Below are positions 60,941 through 64,000 of a DNA stretch of 64,000 bases, one piece after another. The position numbers and the translations under genes were made by a program. The notes beneath the pieces were generated by a model. It was not told where the DNA came from. It worked only from the letters and a program-made list of their open reading frames with translations, and did not search any database. The stretch is taken from positions 105,896,001-105,960,000 of the forward strand of contig NC_042998.1 of assembly GCF_006345805.1 (NCBI RefSeq), written 5' to 3'. Positions within the stretch are counted from its first letter, which is position 1. The number at the start of each line of letters is the position of its first letter. The stretch is from Octopus sinensis. Its lineage: Eukaryota.

Positions 60941-61407
60941 GAGGAAGAGGAGGAGGAGGAGGAGGAGGAGGATATCTTAGATTACTGGCCCATGGTAGCT
61001 TAGATTGCTATTTTTAGCCAGTCAAGCAACCACATGAAAGCTTTTTCGTCAACTCATGTTGTTGCTATTAAGCTGCAGGTCAACTCTGATCAAGCAAACC
61101 TATGAACAAAAACGTTCCAACCATGACCATCTTGTCTTATTTTCACATAAAGTGCATTAAGAACTACATTATCTAATACCTTGCTTTAAGATGTTAATCT
61201 TATTTGCCTTTTTGATTCTTTTCTTAGCAAAGGTACAATACACATCAATATAACAAGAAAAAATATTTTACAACTTTCTTTTAGCTGGTCATACAGAATT
61301 ACCTGAGATAAGAGACACTGTTTGGTGTTAAGGAGAGGTAATGTTCTATGCCAGTGCTTTGCTTTTGGTAAACGACACCAACATTTAGTACAATTTCTAT
61401 GAGTATT

Positions 61408-61655
61408 CAACATCATCATCATCATCATCATTTAACGTCTACCTTCCATGCTGGCATGGGCTGAATGGTTTGACAGGAGCTGGTTAGGCAGAAGACTGCA
61501 CCAAGCTTCAGTGTCTGTTTTAGCATGGTTTTATTTTTTTCATGACTGGATGTACTTCCTAAGAACAACCAGCCTGCAGAGTGGACGGGGGTGCTTTTTA
61601 TGAGGCACCAACACAGGCAAGTCAGTTTTGGCATGGTTTTCACAGCTGGATGCTC
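61408..61655 (-). mobile_element. RTE 3' UTR fragment
   Basis: (atc)n ttaacgtctaccttccatgctggcatggg. Confidence 0.78.
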
Positions 61656-62049
61656 TTTCAAAAAACTTGATTATTCCATGATATTTGTTAATCTTCCTAA
61701 TGAAATTTTTTTTAATAATGAATGTTGTTAAGAAAATTATGATGTATTATTATAGATAATCATTCATTGTTCACCATCTTTATTGTAAACTTCACAAAAG
61801 ATGTATAAATGTGGCTCACACTTTACAGGTTTCCAAATTTCTGAATCATTTAAATGAGTATTTATCATTATTCAAAAATGGCCAACAACTGTAGTTATCA
61901 GCAACTGAACATATGAGACATGAAAAGCATAATAAAATCATCATGTCCTTACATTACTAATTTGTGTAGCTTATGTCAACCAGCGATTATCATGTATATG
62001 ATGGATACTGCAATTAGCCAACTCTTCTATGCAGATTGACCCCCAGCTT

Positions 62050-62400
62050 TTCTTTGGCAAGGAAGAAGTGGTTGTGTTTCTGTGCCTGATGGCTATGGCA
62101 GAGAAAGTTGCATGATGAACATAGATAAAAGGTTTAAGGACAAAGCTTTGTTCAGGTCAACATCACATTGACTGCTTCAAGTAATACTTGAAAAGAAAAG
62201 AGAAGATAAATATAGAGGTGCTATTCTCCTATAAATCATATAAATCATATGAAACCAAGCCAAGAGGGGTGTAACTGACATGGCTAAATGTGAAAACTCA
62301 ATCGATGCAACTGAAAATTGGTTACAAAAACTTGAAGACGGCACTTGCTTTTGATGTTCCAAGATAGTCTAGGATTGTACAAGGAGGTAACCTGAGTCAT
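62050..62400 (+). mobile_element. Heavily decayed APE endonuclease remnant, RTE-like
   Basis: Across frameshifts: MNIDKRFKDKALF.STSH.LLQVIL, CYSPIN, DVPR..IVQGGNL, resembling APE motifs (SDRL, YSPTN, GDLN). Confidence 0.45.
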
Positions 62401-63183
62401 CCTTTGTACTTTAAGGAACTTATTTTAGAAACAAGACATTGCATGATATAGTGAGGCATAAAAATTTATTAAGATACACATAATATGAATGTATACACAG
62501 ATCTAATACAGAGAACTAATAAAAAAAGAGTTATAATTTAATGGAAGCATTACCTCCTGGATCAGCTCAGGGCTCCCCACAACTTCCTTTTTCTTTTTTT
62601 TTCTTCTCCCATCCTTAATCCAGGTACCAAGTACCTTCTGATACAGTAATACCTTATACTCTACATAAAATATTTTAAATCATCTATGTGGTTACTCCCT
62701 ACCATCCTTTCTCACCATTCTGGTTATTTTGTAGGTGGTGGAGAGAGGATTATTTTCGTTTTTGTTTGTTTTTTTTCATCATCCCTAGAAATTTGCTCTT
62801 ACTCTTCCTTGCCTTCACTCCCCCATATCATCACAACATGAAAGAGTGATGAGGGACAGATTCCTATTTTCCTTTTCATATGTTTTCTAATCATTCGCTT
62901 CTGGGGATAGGAACGAGAGGAAGATTTGTTACCATACTTGGATCTGTGACTGGTTGTTTTTTGGAGAACAGAACCCTCTGAGATCTGCTATTGTTGCTTT
63001 GGTCTCATAGTTTTTCTTTCTGTTCTCGATAGGTTACAGTTTATGAGGAGTCATAAGGATTAGCATATCCACACAGATCCCTGCCTAACAACATGTGGTT
63101 TCTGGTTAACTTGGGATTCACTGCTAGCTTAAACTGTGCTTCAAAGGTGAGAACAAAGTAAGGGTCAACATTACCTCCATATT

Positions 63184-63354
63184 CTTTTCTACTCTAGGCA
63201 AAATGCCTGAAATTTTGGGGGAGGAGGCCAGTTGATTACATCGACCCCAGTATGCAACTGGTACTTAATTTATCAACCCCGAAAGGATGAAAGGCAAAGC
63301 TGACCTTGGCAGAATTTGAACTCAGAACCCATGGCAGAATTTGAATTGAGAACG
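63184..63354 (-). mobile_element. SINE-B, 5'-truncated, with 16-bp TSD
   Basis: TSD ACATTACCTCCATATT at 63168-63183 and 63355-63370; short duplication ggcagaatttgaa..gaac at the truncated end. Confidence 0.9.
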
Positions 63355-64000
63355 ACATTACCTCCATATTGCATTGACTTGGTATATTGTGGTACTAGAG
63401 TATTGTCAGGAGTATGAGATACCAGTGTTGTTTATTTCTTCATCCATTTTCAGTCATATCTACACATACTGTATCATAAGCTCCACTCTGACTGACAGAG
63501 GAGATACTGCTCTGCACATTGACAAGGGCTACTTCTAATTGTTCTCTTCAAGACATACCGAAACTTGTCCCACTCTTGGAAATGAAGAAATTGTAGACTT
63601 TTCTCTGTTCTCAATCTTGGATGAAGAGCACTAGAAAAGACACGCTATTCCCAGTTGCAAAATTCAACCAAGCAGTTTTGTCTTGGCTAGTTTTTCCAAT
63701 GTTTAGTATATGATTGCTACTGACAATGTTAAGAAGAAACAAAAAAGTCTTATTTTTTCAGTTTTGTTTATTTGGCAAAAAGTTTAAGTGCAACGTTGAT
63801 GTTGCTACTGTTGTTATTAACCTTGGAATTTTTCTAATTAATGTCACTATTTTCTGCCAAAAACTTATTATATTTTTTCCTTGTTGAATGTTTACATCCT
63901 ACTGTGTAATTAAATTTCTTTGTCTTTTCTTGTTTTTCTTGTTTTTGTTTTTTTTTTGTTAGTTTTCTTTGCTGTTGCATTCAATTCATCTTTTGGTGGG

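Noticed and set aside
63370-63720. Possible Tx1/L1-like RT remnant on the minus strand (SQSGAYDTV)
   Set aside because: A single weak motif; neighbouring RT motifs are not recoverable.

Overview
AT-rich, CpG-poor eukaryotic DNA made almost entirely of microsatellites and nested, decayed transposable elements. I found no supportable host protein-coding exon, tRNA or rRNA gene, or CRISPR array. Nearly all ORFs in the supplied track come from simple repeats or TE remnants. The SINE families and microsatellite landscape resemble what I recall from Octopus genomes; this is an inference, not a database match. Identified TEs: Penelope-like elements (RT and GIY-YIG remnants), two CR1/L2-type LINE families, RTE LINEs, R4/Dong LINEs in (TAA)n, mariner transposase remnants and MITEs, two non-autonomous Helitrons, at least three tRNA-derived SINE families, and an unclassified ~550-bp (AAT)n-embedded element. 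The most interesting signals are: (1) minimal type I hammerhead-ribozyme-like motifs from six sequence-unrelated families, several inside fold-back inverted repeats, the best at 40770-40854; (2) a ~930-bp Penelope-derived palindrome whose centre holds a 100-bp fragment copied from a specific SINE 1.4 kb downstream; (3) a LINE 3' end that matches the tail of the dominant SINE, suggesting its mobilising partner. All translations and folds were done by eye, and boundaries of decayed elements are approximate.
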